DNA from: a virus
Strand: one strand, 5' to 3'
Virus record (IMG/VR): IMGVR_UViG_3300027752_001458
Span: 45,676 to 109,675 of that record
DNA: 64,000 bases
This document shows positions 29,225 through 38,493 of this stretch, piece by piece (position 1 is the first letter of the stretch; every line of letters begins with the position of its first letter). Position numbers and translations under genes: made by a program. The notes under the pieces were generated by a model. It was not told the origin of the DNA. It saw nothing but the letters and a program-made list of their open reading frames with translations, and ran no database searches.

Positions 29225-32200
29225 ATGGCCACAGCAATTCAATGGAGACGAGGTAACACTTCTCAAACCGCTAGTTTTACAGGTTTGGTCGGTGAGATTA
29301 CAGTCGATACAGACTTATCTACCGTTATTGTCCACGACGGCTCAACAAGCGGCGGACATAGGTTAGCGAAATTCTCAGAGCTTTCAGCATTTGGTGATGG
29401 AGATATTACAAGCGTAGTAGCAGGTACAGGTTTATCTGGTGGTACTACTAGCGGTGACGCTACAATTAATATCGACAACTCAGTTGTTGCAACTTTGACA
29501 GACTCGCAAACTTTAACAAATAAAACATTAACTAGTCCAGTTTTAAACACTGGGATAAGCGGTAGTGCATTAATCGATGATGATTCGATGGGTACAGCTA
29601 CAGCAACAACAATTTCAAGTTCGGAATCAATTAAAGCATACGTTGACGCAGTCGAAACAGATGACGTAGCAGAAGGTTCAACAAACGTATATTTCAGCAC
29701 AGCAAGAGCAAGAGCTTCTGTTAGTGGTGGAACAGGTATTACATATACGCAAGGCACAGGTGTTATTGCATTAACAGATGAAGATTTCATCTCAGGTGTA
29801 ACAGCAGGATCAGGTATAACAGGCGGCGGAGCCACTGGTAACATTACTGTTGCTTTAGACTATGAAAACATGGCAGGCAACTTAATACCAACAGCAAACG
29901 TAACATACGATTTGGGTTCTACAACAATGATGTGGAAAGACATTTATGTTGGTCCAGGTTCTTTATATGTTAACGGACAGAAAGTATTAGAAGATGACGC
30001 AGGTACAATTACAATTAGTGCAGATGCAGATCAGAACGTTGCAGTTAAGACATCCGGTTCAGGTGATGTTGAATTAAACGCATCAGGTACTGGCGTAATT
30101 AACGCACAATCGAGCATGTTGTTTGATGCTTCTAAAACACTAGGCGGCACAGGCGGATTACAGTTATCAAGTAACATCAATGCAAGTAGTAACTACATTA
30201 ATAACGTAGGTGCTCCAGCAGTTGCCGGCGATGCTACAAACAAAACGTATGTAGACGGCACATCTTATCTTACTGGCGGTGACGGTATTGATAACGATTC
30301 AAGCACACTTAACCTTGATGCTACTGTTGTAAGAACAGCAGGCGCTCAAACTATTGGTGGTGCAAAGACATTTAGTAGCGATGTTATATTTAACGGTGAC
30401 TTTACTGTTAACGGTACAACATCAACAGTTAATACTGAAACAATTTACTTAGAAGATAACATTATTACTTTGAACTACGGTACTTCCGGCGCTCCAACAG
30501 AGAACGCAGGTCTTACAGTTGACAGAGGTAGTAGTGCAGATGTAAACATTCAGTGGAACGAAACAAGTGATCAGTGGGAAATTACTACAGACGGTAGTGC
30601 GTACACTAAGATTGCACAATCAACTACAGACTTAACTGAAGGAACTAACTTATACTATACAACAGGACGTTGGGATACCAAATTAGCTTCTGCAGATACA
30701 GACGATTTAAGCGAAGGTTCAACTAACCTTTATCACACAACGGCAAGAGCAAGAGCGGCAATTAGTGTTTCTGGTGACTTAGGTTACAACAGCACAACTG
30801 GTGTTATTAGCTTCACAAATGACGCAGGTGATATTGAAAGTGTTGTAGCTGGAGCTGGTATGATTGGTGGCGGAACGTCAGGTGATGTTACACTTAACGT
30901 TGCAGGCGGATTTGGTATTACTGCAAATGCAGACGATATCCAAATTGCTAACTCAGATGTTAGAGCATTGTTTACAGCATCAGGCGATATCAGCTATAAT
31001 AACAGCACAGGTGTTTTTAGCTTCACAAATGACGCAGGTGACATTGAAAGTGTTACAGCAGGAAATGGTTTAACAGGCGGCGGTGCAACCGGCGCTATCA
31101 CTATAGCATTAGACGACTCTCATGTAAAAGGACTTGTTAGTGCTGGCGGAGACTTATCATACAATAGCTCAACAGGTGCTTTCAGTTTTAGTCATCCTAC
31201 TATGTACAATGATGCAGACGCAACTGACGCGGCAAGAGCGGCAGTATCAGCAGGTGGCGATATAGCATACAATAGTTCAACTGGTGTAATTAGTTACACA
31301 ACACCAACAGAGCGAACTGATGCAGAAGTCAGAGGCTTAATTAGTGCAGGTGGTGACTTGGCATACAACAGCACAACTGGTGTTATTAGCTTCACAAATG
31401 ACGCAGGTGATATTGAAAGTGTTGTAGCAGGTACATTGTTAGACGGTGGCGGCACAAGTGGTGCAGTTACACTAAACGTTGACCTTTCAGAACTAACAGA
31501 TATGACAGATGCAGTTGTTGGTACAGCAGATGAGATGGTACTACTAGACAGTGGTGTACAGAAGCGTAAACTTATTAGCGAAATCACACTAAGTGACTTC
31601 AGTAATGACTTAGGCAACTACGGTGGTTATACAAGTAACGTAGGTGACATCACAGGTGTTACAGCAGGAACTGGTTTAACAGGCGGCGGCGCAAGCGGCA
31701 GTGTTACAGTATCATTAAGCCACTTAGGTTTAGAGAACTTAACAGATCCAAACGATGATAGAATTGTGTTCTGGGACGACAGTGCAAGTGCTTTATCCTA
31801 CCTAGATGCTGGTACAGGTATTAGTATTAGTGGTGCTACAATGTCAGTGAACATGGGTGCATTTGATACAGCCGATCTAACTGAAGGCACTAACCAGTAC
31901 CACACTAGTGCAAGAGTTAACTCACTGATTGATACTAGAGTTACTAATGCTTTTGTAGACGCATTGAATGTAGATGCAGATACATTAGACGGAATTAGTA
32001 GTGCAAGTTTCATGAGAAGCGATGCAACTGATTCACATAGTGGAACATTTACTCCAAGTACAGATAACTCAATTGACTTAGGTTCAAGTTCTTTACGATA
32101 TAATGAAGTATACGCAGTAACTTTCCAAGGAACAGCAAGTTCGGCGCAGTTTGCGGATTTGGCTGAGAAATACGAAAGTGATGCAGAACTAGATGCTGGT

Positions 32201-32515
32201 ACAGTTGTTATGTTTGGCGGTGAAAAAGAAATTACTGCATGTGATAGTGAAAACTGTCATGCAGTTGCAGGTGTTATTAGTACAGATCCAGCATACATGA
32301 TGAATGCAGGCGGCGAAGGTCAATATGTAGCATTAACAGGAAGAGTACCTACTAAGGTTACTGGACCAGTTGCTAAAGGTGACTTGATGGTTTCCGCAGG
32401 AAACGGTATGGCTAAATCAAATAACGAAGCACAAGCAGGAAGAATAATTGGTAAAGCAGTTGAATCTTCTGAAGGTGGCGAAGCAGTTATTGAAGTATTA
32501 GTTAACATGATGTAA
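29225..32515 (+). CDS. Second virion fibre protein, Mtd_N-like N-terminus
   Basis: Start MATAIQWRRG (AGGA RBS); GEITVDT...HDGSTSGG; C-terminus paralogous to 22802-28600. Confidence 0.8.
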   Translation: MATAIQWRRGNTSQTASFTGLVGEITVDTDLSTVIVHDGSTSGGHRLAKFSELSAFGDGDITSVVAGTGLSGGTTSGDATINIDNSVVATLTDSQTLTNKTLTSPVLNTGISGSALIDDDSMGTATATTISSSESIKAYVDAVETDDVAEGSTNVYFSTARARASVSGGTGITYTQGTGVIALTDEDFISGVTAGSGITGGGATGNITVALDYENMAGNLIPTANVTYDLGSTTMMWKDIYVGPGSLYVNGQKVLEDDAGTITISADADQNVAVKTSGSGDVELNASGTGVINAQSSMLFDASKTLGGTGGLQLSSNINASSNYINNVGAPAVAGDATNKTYVDGTSYLTGGDGIDNDSSTLNLDATVVRTAGAQTIGGAKTFSSDVIFNGDFTVNGTTSTVNTETIYLEDNIITLNYGTSGAPTENAGLTVDRGSSADVNIQWNETSDQWEITTDGSAYTKIAQSTTDLTEGTNLYYTTGRWDTKLASADTDDLSEGSTNLYHTTARARAAISVSGDLGYNSTTGVISFTNDAGDIESVVAGAGMIGGGTSGDVTLNVAGGFGITANADDIQIANSDVRALFTASGDISYNNSTGVFSFTNDAGDIESVTAGNGLTGGGATGAITIALDDSHVKGLVSAGGDLSYNSSTGAFSFSHPTMYNDADATDAARAAVSAGGDIAYNSSTGVISYTTPTERTDAEVRGLISAGGDLAYNSTTGVISFTNDAGDIESVVAGTLLDGGGTSGAVTLNVDLSELTDMTDAVVGTADEMVLLDSGVQKRKLISEITLSDFSNDLGNYGGYTSNVGDITGVTAGTGLTGGGASGSVTVSLSHLGLENLTDPNDDRIVFWDDSASALSYLDAGTGISISGATMSVNMGAFDTADLTEGTNQYHTSARVNSLIDTRVTNAFVDALNVDADTLDGISSASFMRSDATDSHSGTFTPSTDNSIDLGSSSLRYNEVYAVTFQGTASSAQFADLAEKYESDAELDAGTVVMFGGEKEITACDSENCHAVAGVISTDPAYMMNAGGEGQYVALTGRVPTKVTGPVAKGDLMVSAGNGMAKSNNEAQAGRIIGKAVESSEGGEAVIEVLVNMM
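30785..31428 (+). repeat. 65-bp exact direct repeat within fibre 2
   Basis: 30785-30849 identical to 31364-31428; a third partial copy near 31000-31060. Confidence 0.85.
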
Positions 32516-32562
32516 AGAATCCTAACTACCTTAGGCTCGTGATGTTGCAAGGCGTCACACTA

Positions 32563-32591
32563 AAGGGAGGTGTTAAAACCTTCCTTTTTTT
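32563..32591 (+). terminator. Terminator after fibre 2
   Basis: AAGGGAGG-loop-CCTTCCTT then T run. Confidence 0.8.
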
Positions 32592-32619
32592 ACGGCTATT
32601 AAATGCTAAAGTTTGGATT

Positions 32620-32650
32620 AAAAAGGGGAGTAGTTAACTCCCTTTTTTTT
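32620..32650. terminator. Bidirectional terminator
   Basis: AAAAAGGGGAGT-AGTTA-ACTCCCTTTTTTTT. Confidence 0.8.
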
Positions 32651-32652
32651 GA

Positions 32653-32778
32653 TTAAAGAAATACCCGTTGACTTATATTAACCAAGTTACCGGTTTTCAT
32701 CATGTTATCAAATTTGCGGAAGTAAAGCGATGCATAACTGTGAGTTAGCATGGCTACTGTCCCTATTGGGTTCACCAT
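32653..32778 (-). CDS. Unlisted 41-aa small protein
   Basis: TAGGAG-N6-ATG; MVNPIGTVAMLTHSYASLYFRKFDNMMKTGNLVNISQRVFL*; CATAAATA upstream; terminator right after the stop. Confidence 0.7.
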   Translation of the reverse strand: MVNPIGTVAMLTHSYASLYFRKFDNMMKTGNLVNISQRVFL

Positions 32779-33030
32779 ATTATTCTCCTAAAATGTGATG
32801 TTACACACATGCACACATGTTTGGGGTAACCTCACCTCGAATGAGGAATGTTACAACTAATCAAACGCTATGTTACAGTTGTGTTACAACAGGTATTTAT
32901 GCAACTGGTAATTTTTTGTGCTTAAACACGGCAGAGTTTAAATAATTAGACTAGCTAAACGATAAATACATTTACATAACACATATCACACACTTAGATA
33001 ATAATAAAATAATAAAATCAGGTGAAGTGA

Positions 33031-33327
33031 ATGGAAGACATTTTTAAACTTATAGGCGAAGTTGGGTTGCCCATAGCAGGCTCCCTAACGATGGGCTTTT
33101 TTATATTCCTCATAATTAAACAAATGCTTGCCGGCATTGTCGGTCAAATTGAAACACTCACTATGTTCTGCAAAAGCCTAGAAGGCCGAGCAAGAACAAT
33201 GAGCAATGAGATGATAAAAATCGACTTGCTTGTTAGTAGTGCATTGAATTTAAGACCAGACATTGAACGTATAGCAAGAGCCGAAAACTTTGTTGAAGAC
33301 GGCAAATTAGATGTGAGGCGAGACTAA
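33031..33327 (+). CDS. Small single-TM membrane protein (holin-like)
   Basis: IGEVGLPIA then a TM helix and coiled tail. Confidence 0.65.
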   Translation: MEDIFKLIGEVGLPIAGSLTMGFFIFLIIKQMLAGIVGQIETLTMFCKSLEGRARTMSNEMIKIDLLVSSALNLRPDIERIARAENFVEDGKLDVRRD

Positions 33328-33626
33328 TGGATATGGCTCAACTGATATCCGACCACGGCTACCCAGTAGTAGCAACAGTGGGATTGGGATATTTTATTTT
33401 TTATGTATGGCGCTTTATAGGTTCAGAAATTAAACCTGCATTAGGCAACATGCATATGGCGTTAATAAGAGTTATTGATCAGACGAGGATGCTTGATCAA
33501 GACATGATTCGATTACAACAAAAAGTAAACGTTGTAATAGAGTACAGACAGAGACAAGAAGTTCTAGAAGATGCAGAAGAAAAGACTGCACTTAGAGAAC
33601 AAAAACAACAGGAAGTTAAAAAATGA
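33327..33626 (+). CDS. Small single-TM membrane protein, paralog of the previous gene
   Basis: ISDHGYPVV then TM; RMLDQDMIRL resembles RTMSNEMIKI. Confidence 0.65.
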   Translation: MDMAQLISDHGYPVVATVGLGYFIFYVWRFIGSEIKPALGNMHMALIRVIDQTRMLDQDMIRLQQKVNVVIEYRQRQEVLEDAEEKTALREQKQQEVKK

Positions 33627-34120
33627 GTAAGTTTTTATTAATAGCGGTTGGCTATTTTGTAATTGCTCTTGCACCAAGTGTACAAGCAGACCAACTAACA
33701 CATAAATTTAAGTCTCCGAGTTTCAGCGGCATTGGAACTGGAGCACATTACCTTACGATTGAGAATCAAGAGAAAAGTCGTAGGGACAAAATTGCAGACA
33801 ACATTGAATCGGCACTTAAAGCGGCAGAGCGAGCAGACTCAAACAGCACAATTAACAAATTCATTAGAAATTTAGAGAGTAGAATATACGCTCAAATCTC
33901 TAAAGGATTAGTTGACAGCATGTTTTGTGATCCGGCTACTGTAGTAGAGTGTACAGGTTCAGACTCAGGTGATTTTACAATTGAAGGTAATAATGTAAGT
34001 TACCAAATAGTTATAAGTGACGATGGATTAGAAGTAATGAGACTTACTATTGTTTCTCCAGATGGCACAATAACACAGATAGAAATACCGATTGGCATCG
34101 GCAGTATCGGCGGCGGATAG
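33623..34120 (+). CDS. csgF: Curli assembly component CsgF
   Basis: Signal peptide then QLTHKFKSPSFSG; immediately upstream of csgG. Confidence 0.8.
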   Translation: MSKFLLIAVGYFVIALAPSVQADQLTHKFKSPSFSGIGTGAHYLTIENQEKSRRDKIADNIESALKAAERADSNSTINKFIRNLESRIYAQISKGLVDSMFCDPATVVECTGSDSGDFTIEGNNVSYQIVISDDGLEVMRLTIVSPDGTITQIEIPIGIGSIGGG

Positions 34121-35121
34121 TGAAAGATTTTTATAAACTTTTTGCCGTAGTGGCATTATTGCTAACTACTGGGTGTGCCAGTATTGCTATACCAGGTGAC
34201 AAGCAGTGCCAGGCTGATTTTTTAGAATGCATTGAAGAACCACAACAAGTAGAACTCCCAACTTATAGAAAGTTACGTTACCTACCTCCTGCGGAAACAA
34301 TGCCAGTAGTAGCAGTTTACCAATTCGCAGACTTAACAGGACAACGTTTAAGTTCGGACGGAGCGGCAAGTTTTAGCACAGCCGTAACACAAGGTGCAAA
34401 GGATTTACTAATTGACGCTCTTAAGGCGGCAGGCGCTGGAAAAGACCCTAAGGGTACTTGGTTCCGTGTCGTTGAAAGAGGATTAGGATTAGATAATTTA
34501 GTGCGGGAAAGGCAGATTATTCGAAGTACAAGAGAATCATATGCCAAAGATAGCGACCCCGCACAGCAAGTACAGCCATTATTATTTGCTGGGATGATAT
34601 TAGAAGGAGGAGTTGTAGGTTATGACTCGAATATCGAAACAGGTGGCTCAGGTGCAAGATATCTTGGTATAGGGACAACAAACCAATACCGAAGAGATAG
34701 TGTAGTGGTATCATTGAGAGCAGTAAGTACACTTACAGGCGAAGTGATATTGAACGTACAGACATACAAGACCATTCTAAGTGTAGGGCAAGCCGGCGAT
34801 GTGTTCAAGTTCCTTGACATGGACACTAAATTGCTTGAAATAGAAAGTGGTTTGACAGAAAATGAGAGTGTAACATGGGGTGTTCGTTCAGCGATTGAAG
34901 CCTCTGTTTTAGCTCTTGTTGAACAAGGTGACGAGAGAGGATTTTGGAAAATAGTTTACCCAGAAAATTGGGACCAACTAGTGGCTGAGCAAGAACAGGC
35001 ATATTGGACGAGGGAGTCTATTAAGTTACTTAAAGACCCTATTAGTAACGAAACGAAATCTAAACTCAACAAGAACGATGATTCTATTGTAAAGAAAATT
35101 TTTTACAAAAAGGAATCTTAA
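34120..35121 (+). CDS. csgG: Curli secretion channel CsgG
   Basis: Lipobox TTGC; VAVYQFADLTGQ, FSTAVTQGA, WFRVVER, ERQIIR, EGGVVGYDSN. Confidence 0.93.
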   Translation: MKDFYKLFAVVALLLTTGCASIAIPGDKQCQADFLECIEEPQQVELPTYRKLRYLPPAETMPVVAVYQFADLTGQRLSSDGAASFSTAVTQGAKDLLIDALKAAGAGKDPKGTWFRVVERGLGLDNLVRERQIIRSTRESYAKDSDPAQQVQPLLFAGMILEGGVVGYDSNIETGGSGARYLGIGTTNQYRRDSVVVSLRAVSTLTGEVILNVQTYKTILSVGQAGDVFKFLDMDTKLLEIESGLTENESVTWGVRSAIEASVLALVEQGDERGFWKIVYPENWDQLVAEQEQAYWTRESIKLLKDPISNETKSKLNKNDDSIVKKIFYKKES

Positions 35122-35143
35122 TTAACCATATATGGAGTAAGTT

Positions 35144-35944
35144 ATGAAGACAAATAAATTTTTTAAGAATACATTATTAACCGTCTTCGCTATAACAGGG
35201 ATATTATCAATTGACCTTGCGTCAGCGGATAATGAAGTTTTAATAGATCAAGTTGGTGACAACTTAACCTTAACAGTTTTACAAGCAGGCTACGGTAACA
35301 GTTTATCTGGAGATACAAGTCAGGGTACTGATTTAACTCTCACAGGCGGTAGTTTAATTGTAGATCTAATCCAAGACGGTAATTTAAACGAGATCTTCGG
35401 ATCTTGGGTACTCGATGGATCAGGGTCAAGTGTATTAGATTTTTACTTTCAGGGTAACAGCAATATCTGGGATATGAATATTGGTGCTACAGGCAGTAGT
35501 GATTATACTGATATTTTATCAAACATTACTGGCGACAGTAACCTTTTTGATATTGATATTGGTGGTAACAACACAGCTGAAAGTTCAAATATGGATCTAG
35601 TAGTACTCGGATCAAGAAACGATTTCTCAACTAGTTTTACTAATAGTAAAGTTTGGGCCGCAGGCTCTGGCAACAATTCTACTGGTACACAGACTATGTC
35701 AGGAATTTTAATTGATTCAAGTTACAACACTTGGAACTTTGATATCACAGGATCAGACAATGCGTTTGCCACAAAGCAACAAGGCAATGACGCACATCTA
35801 TTAACTGTGGAATTAGACGGTAGCGATGGTGATTTCCAATTTATACAAGATATGACAACCACATGCTCACCTGCTTGTAACGGTGTCATTAATTTAAATA
35901 TAAATAGTGAAAATGCGTCAGTTAGTGTTAAGCAGACAGACTAG
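35144..35944 (+). CDS. Curlin-like repeat protein (CsgA/CsgB-like)
   Basis: Signal peptide; recurring QxGxxN / GxxN beta-solenoid repeats. Confidence 0.7.
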   Translation: MKTNKFFKNTLLTVFAITGILSIDLASADNEVLIDQVGDNLTLTVLQAGYGNSLSGDTSQGTDLTLTGGSLIVDLIQDGNLNEIFGSWVLDGSGSSVLDFYFQGNSNIWDMNIGATGSSDYTDILSNITGDSNLFDIDIGGNNTAESSNMDLVVLGSRNDFSTSFTNSKVWAAGSGNNSTGTQTMSGILIDSSYNTWNFDITGSDNAFATKQQGNDAHLLTVELDGSDGDFQFIQDMTTTCSPACNGVINLNINSENASVSVKQTD

Positions 35945-37088
35945 TACATTAGCATTTATGCTTTTGTTTGCGTTTAATGTGCAAGCCTCCGTCGGCTCAA
36001 TCGGCGGAGTGCTTGAACAATCTGGAAGTGTAGCACAAATACAACGAAATAAAGAAAACATACGAGCAGTTTTAAACGAAGAGATTGCTAGTATGGATGA
36101 AGTAGAAACAAAGAACGGACGATTGAAAATTAAATTTGTCGATGATACACTAGTGAGTTTAACAGAACACACTTACATGGTCATCGACGAATATGTGTAC
36201 GACCCGAACCCAAGTAAAAGCAAAATGGCATTAAATTTTGTGTCAGGTACAGCAAGATTTGCCACAGGCGGCTTAGGTTTAGTACCCAGAGAGAACATTA
36301 CAATACAAACTCCTACAGCAAGTATAGGCATAAGGGGAACAGATTTTACTACCACAGTCGATGAACTGGGTAGAAGCCTAGTAATACTATTACCAGACGA
36401 TAATTGTACTGATAAGGTATCACTAGAAGAAGGTTGTGCACCTAGTGGGAGTATAACAGTCACTAATGCAGGCGGAACTCAAGTGCTCACAGAAGCATAC
36501 CAGGCAGTAATGGTAAGCACTTTTGAGACTATACCGACCACTCCGGTTACACTTGTTAATTTAGATTTAAATATGATTGACAATATGTTCATTGTAAGCG
36601 AACCTGTAGAAATTAAAGAGGCAGTTGAGGAACAACAAAGCGAGTTAAAAGGTAGCGCCGGACTTCTAACTTTTAACGGGCTAGACCAGGACTTGCTAGA
36701 TATAGAAGGACTGGAATCTAATACGGCAGATAATTATGAATTTACAGAATTAGATATAGATTTTTTAGATGTTGAATTCTTAAATGATTTATTAGACATC
36801 CTAGAGGATAATATAGATTCGCTAGGCGAAGAACTTAACAATCAAGGTGACGGCACCGACAAACTAATAGGCACACGCTTTGGTAACGATCCAGGTACGC
36901 AGTTTAATACGTTTGCAGATTACGATGGTAAAGTATTCTTTTTAAGACAAGTATCAAACAAAATTGGAATTAAATTAGAAAAAGGTAGTCAAGCAAGAAT
37001 TGAATTGTTTGACTCAGATGTAGGAGAAAACTTAATATGCCTAAACAGTTGTGACGGCATATACATTAGTATTACACAAAATGATTAA
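35907..37088 (+). CDS. FecR-domain periplasmic protein
   Basis: Signal peptide; DEVETKNGR, IQTPTASIGIRGTDF; acidic C-terminal half. Confidence 0.85.
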   Translation: MKMRQLVLSRQTSTLAFMLLFAFNVQASVGSIGGVLEQSGSVAQIQRNKENIRAVLNEEIASMDEVETKNGRLKIKFVDDTLVSLTEHTYMVIDEYVYDPNPSKSKMALNFVSGTARFATGGLGLVPRENITIQTPTASIGIRGTDFTTTVDELGRSLVILLPDDNCTDKVSLEEGCAPSGSITVTNAGGTQVLTEAYQAVMVSTFETIPTTPVTLVNLDLNMIDNMFIVSEPVEIKEAVEEQQSELKGSAGLLTFNGLDQDLLDIEGLESNTADNYEFTELDIDFLDVEFLNDLLDILEDNIDSLGEELNNQGDGTDKLIGTRFGNDPGTQFNTFADYDGKVFFLRQVSNKIGIKLEKGSQARIELFDSDVGENLICLNSCDGIYISITQND

Positions 37089-37953
37089 AATATTACAGAC
37101 AATTATATTAGTAGCAGGACTTGTATTTGCAGAACAAGTAGCAAGTGCTGACAACGAAGTGCTTATAGACCAGACTGGCGACAACGTTGTTATTGGTATC
37201 TTACAGGAAGGATACAATAACAGTATTGATGTAGATTTAGGATTAGCTACTTTTGATACTTCCAACACATTTGAAGTAAAACAGGAAGGCCATAATAACG
37301 AAGTTTTCCTTAGTGTAGGTGGAACTGACAATACGTTGGTGCTGATACAAGAAGGCAACAACAATGATATCAGTTGGACAGATTCTTGGGGCAGTGGTAA
37401 AGCATGGGGCGGAGACTTAGACGGCAATTATAATAACATACACATTCAGCAAAAATGTAGTTTTACAACATGTAATCCAAACGAGGCTCAATTTCATATA
37501 TGGGGCAACAGTAACACCGTTCTATTTGGGCAAGGCTATTATCTAACAGGCCCTAGCGATACAACATTTGATTATGATAACTGGGAACCAGGTGGCAACT
37601 TTCTCCGGTTAGACATTCACGGCAGTAGTAATAGTTTTAAAGGTGGTCAAAAAATGGATAGCACTAGTACTAATCATAATATGACTGTAGACATACATGG
37701 TAACAGCAACAATGTATTTGCACAGCAATGGGCCAATGGTAACAAGACACTTACTTTAAACGTTGACAGCAACAGCAATTCTGTTGCCATTGAACAAAAC
37801 AATAGCGGTAATCACACCGCAACAGTAACACTTGATGGTTCGTACCCTACAAGTTTGAACTTGCTACAAACAGGATCAGGTAATCAGTCATACACACTAT
37901 TCCAAAACTGCCAAACAGTTGGCGGATGTAGTGTGTCTATAACACAGGACTAA
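37081..37953 (+). CDS. Second curlin-like repeat protein
   Basis: Signal peptide; QEGYNN, QEGHNN, QEGNNN repeats; shares ASADNEVLIDQxGDN with 35144-35944. Confidence 0.72.
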   Translation: MIKILQTIILVAGLVFAEQVASADNEVLIDQTGDNVVIGILQEGYNNSIDVDLGLATFDTSNTFEVKQEGHNNEVFLSVGGTDNTLVLIQEGNNNDISWTDSWGSGKAWGGDLDGNYNNIHIQQKCSFTTCNPNEAQFHIWGNSNTVLFGQGYYLTGPSDTTFDYDNWEPGGNFLRLDIHGSSNSFKGGQKMDSTSTNHNMTVDIHGNSNNVFAQQWANGNKTLTLNVDSNSNSVAIEQNNSGNHTATVTLDGSYPTSLNLLQTGSGNQSYTLFQNCQTVGGCSVSITQD

Positions 37954-38053
37954 AACGCAAGTGAATCACGTATTTCATTGATCTGCGCCAACAAATTTGC
38001 ATAAATAAACTTTGTAAAAGGGTTAACCTTTTCGACAACCTAAGGAGAACGCT

Positions 38054-38341
38054 ATGAATAGATTACTATCTATTACAGCAGTCCTCGGTTTTGTTGTTTT
38101 TCTTCCGTCATGTGCGTCAGTTGGCGCAGTAATTGAAGGTGGGAAAGAGTTTACTACAGGCGTAGTAGATGGATCCGTTAATGCAGTTTCTACAATAGCA
38201 GGAGCAGTATTAACAGATGTATCTAGTATCACAAGCACAGCGGCACAAGCCGCTACAGGTGTAATTGACACCGTTGCGACTGAAGTAGATAAACAAACCG
38301 ATGCATTGCAAGAACCAAAAGCAAAGCCAGAGGGAAAGTAG
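38054..38341 (+). CDS. Small lipoprotein ending in a GGGAAAG slippery site
   Basis: AAGGAG RBS; lipobox LPSC; Ala/Thr/Val amphipathic repeats. Confidence 0.75.
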   Translation: MNRLLSITAVLGFVVFLPSCASVGAVIEGGKEFTTGVVDGSVNAVSTIAGAVLTDVSSITSTAAQAATGVIDTVATEVDKQTDALQEPKAKPEGK

Positions 38342-38451
38342 TAACTTCATCAGCCAGGAAGGTAGATGAAGAAATTGCTGAACAAGACATTAAAGTTATA
38401 GTACGCAGTATTATGATGTATTGTTCTAAAAATCCCAAGGAATGCGAATAA
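38338..38451 (+). CDS. -1 frame extension of the lipoprotein (37 aa)
   Basis: VVTSSARKVDEEIAEQDIKVIVRSIMMYCSKNPKECE*; fills the gap to the terminator; no upstream start codon in this frame. Confidence 0.6.
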   Translation, partial: VVTSSARKVDEEIAEQDIKVIVRSIMMYCSKNPKECE

Positions 38452-38452
38452 C

Positions 38453-38480
38453 AAAAGCACACTACGGTGTGCTTTTTTTT
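38453..38480 (+). terminator. Rho-independent terminator
   Basis: AAAAGCACAC-TACG-GTGTGCTTTTTTTT. Confidence 0.88.
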
Positions 38481-38493
38481 GATAAATATATTA

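Noticed and set aside
27950-32170. Diversity-generating retroelement (Mtd_N-like fibre plus similar 3' segments)
   Set aside because: No reverse transcriptase in the window; both copies are coding; differences are not adenine-specific
32780-33030. Glutamine (glnA) riboswitch upstream of the curli genes
   Set aside because: Conserved CGTTCA...GGAAG...GAAGGAACG elements not found on either strand
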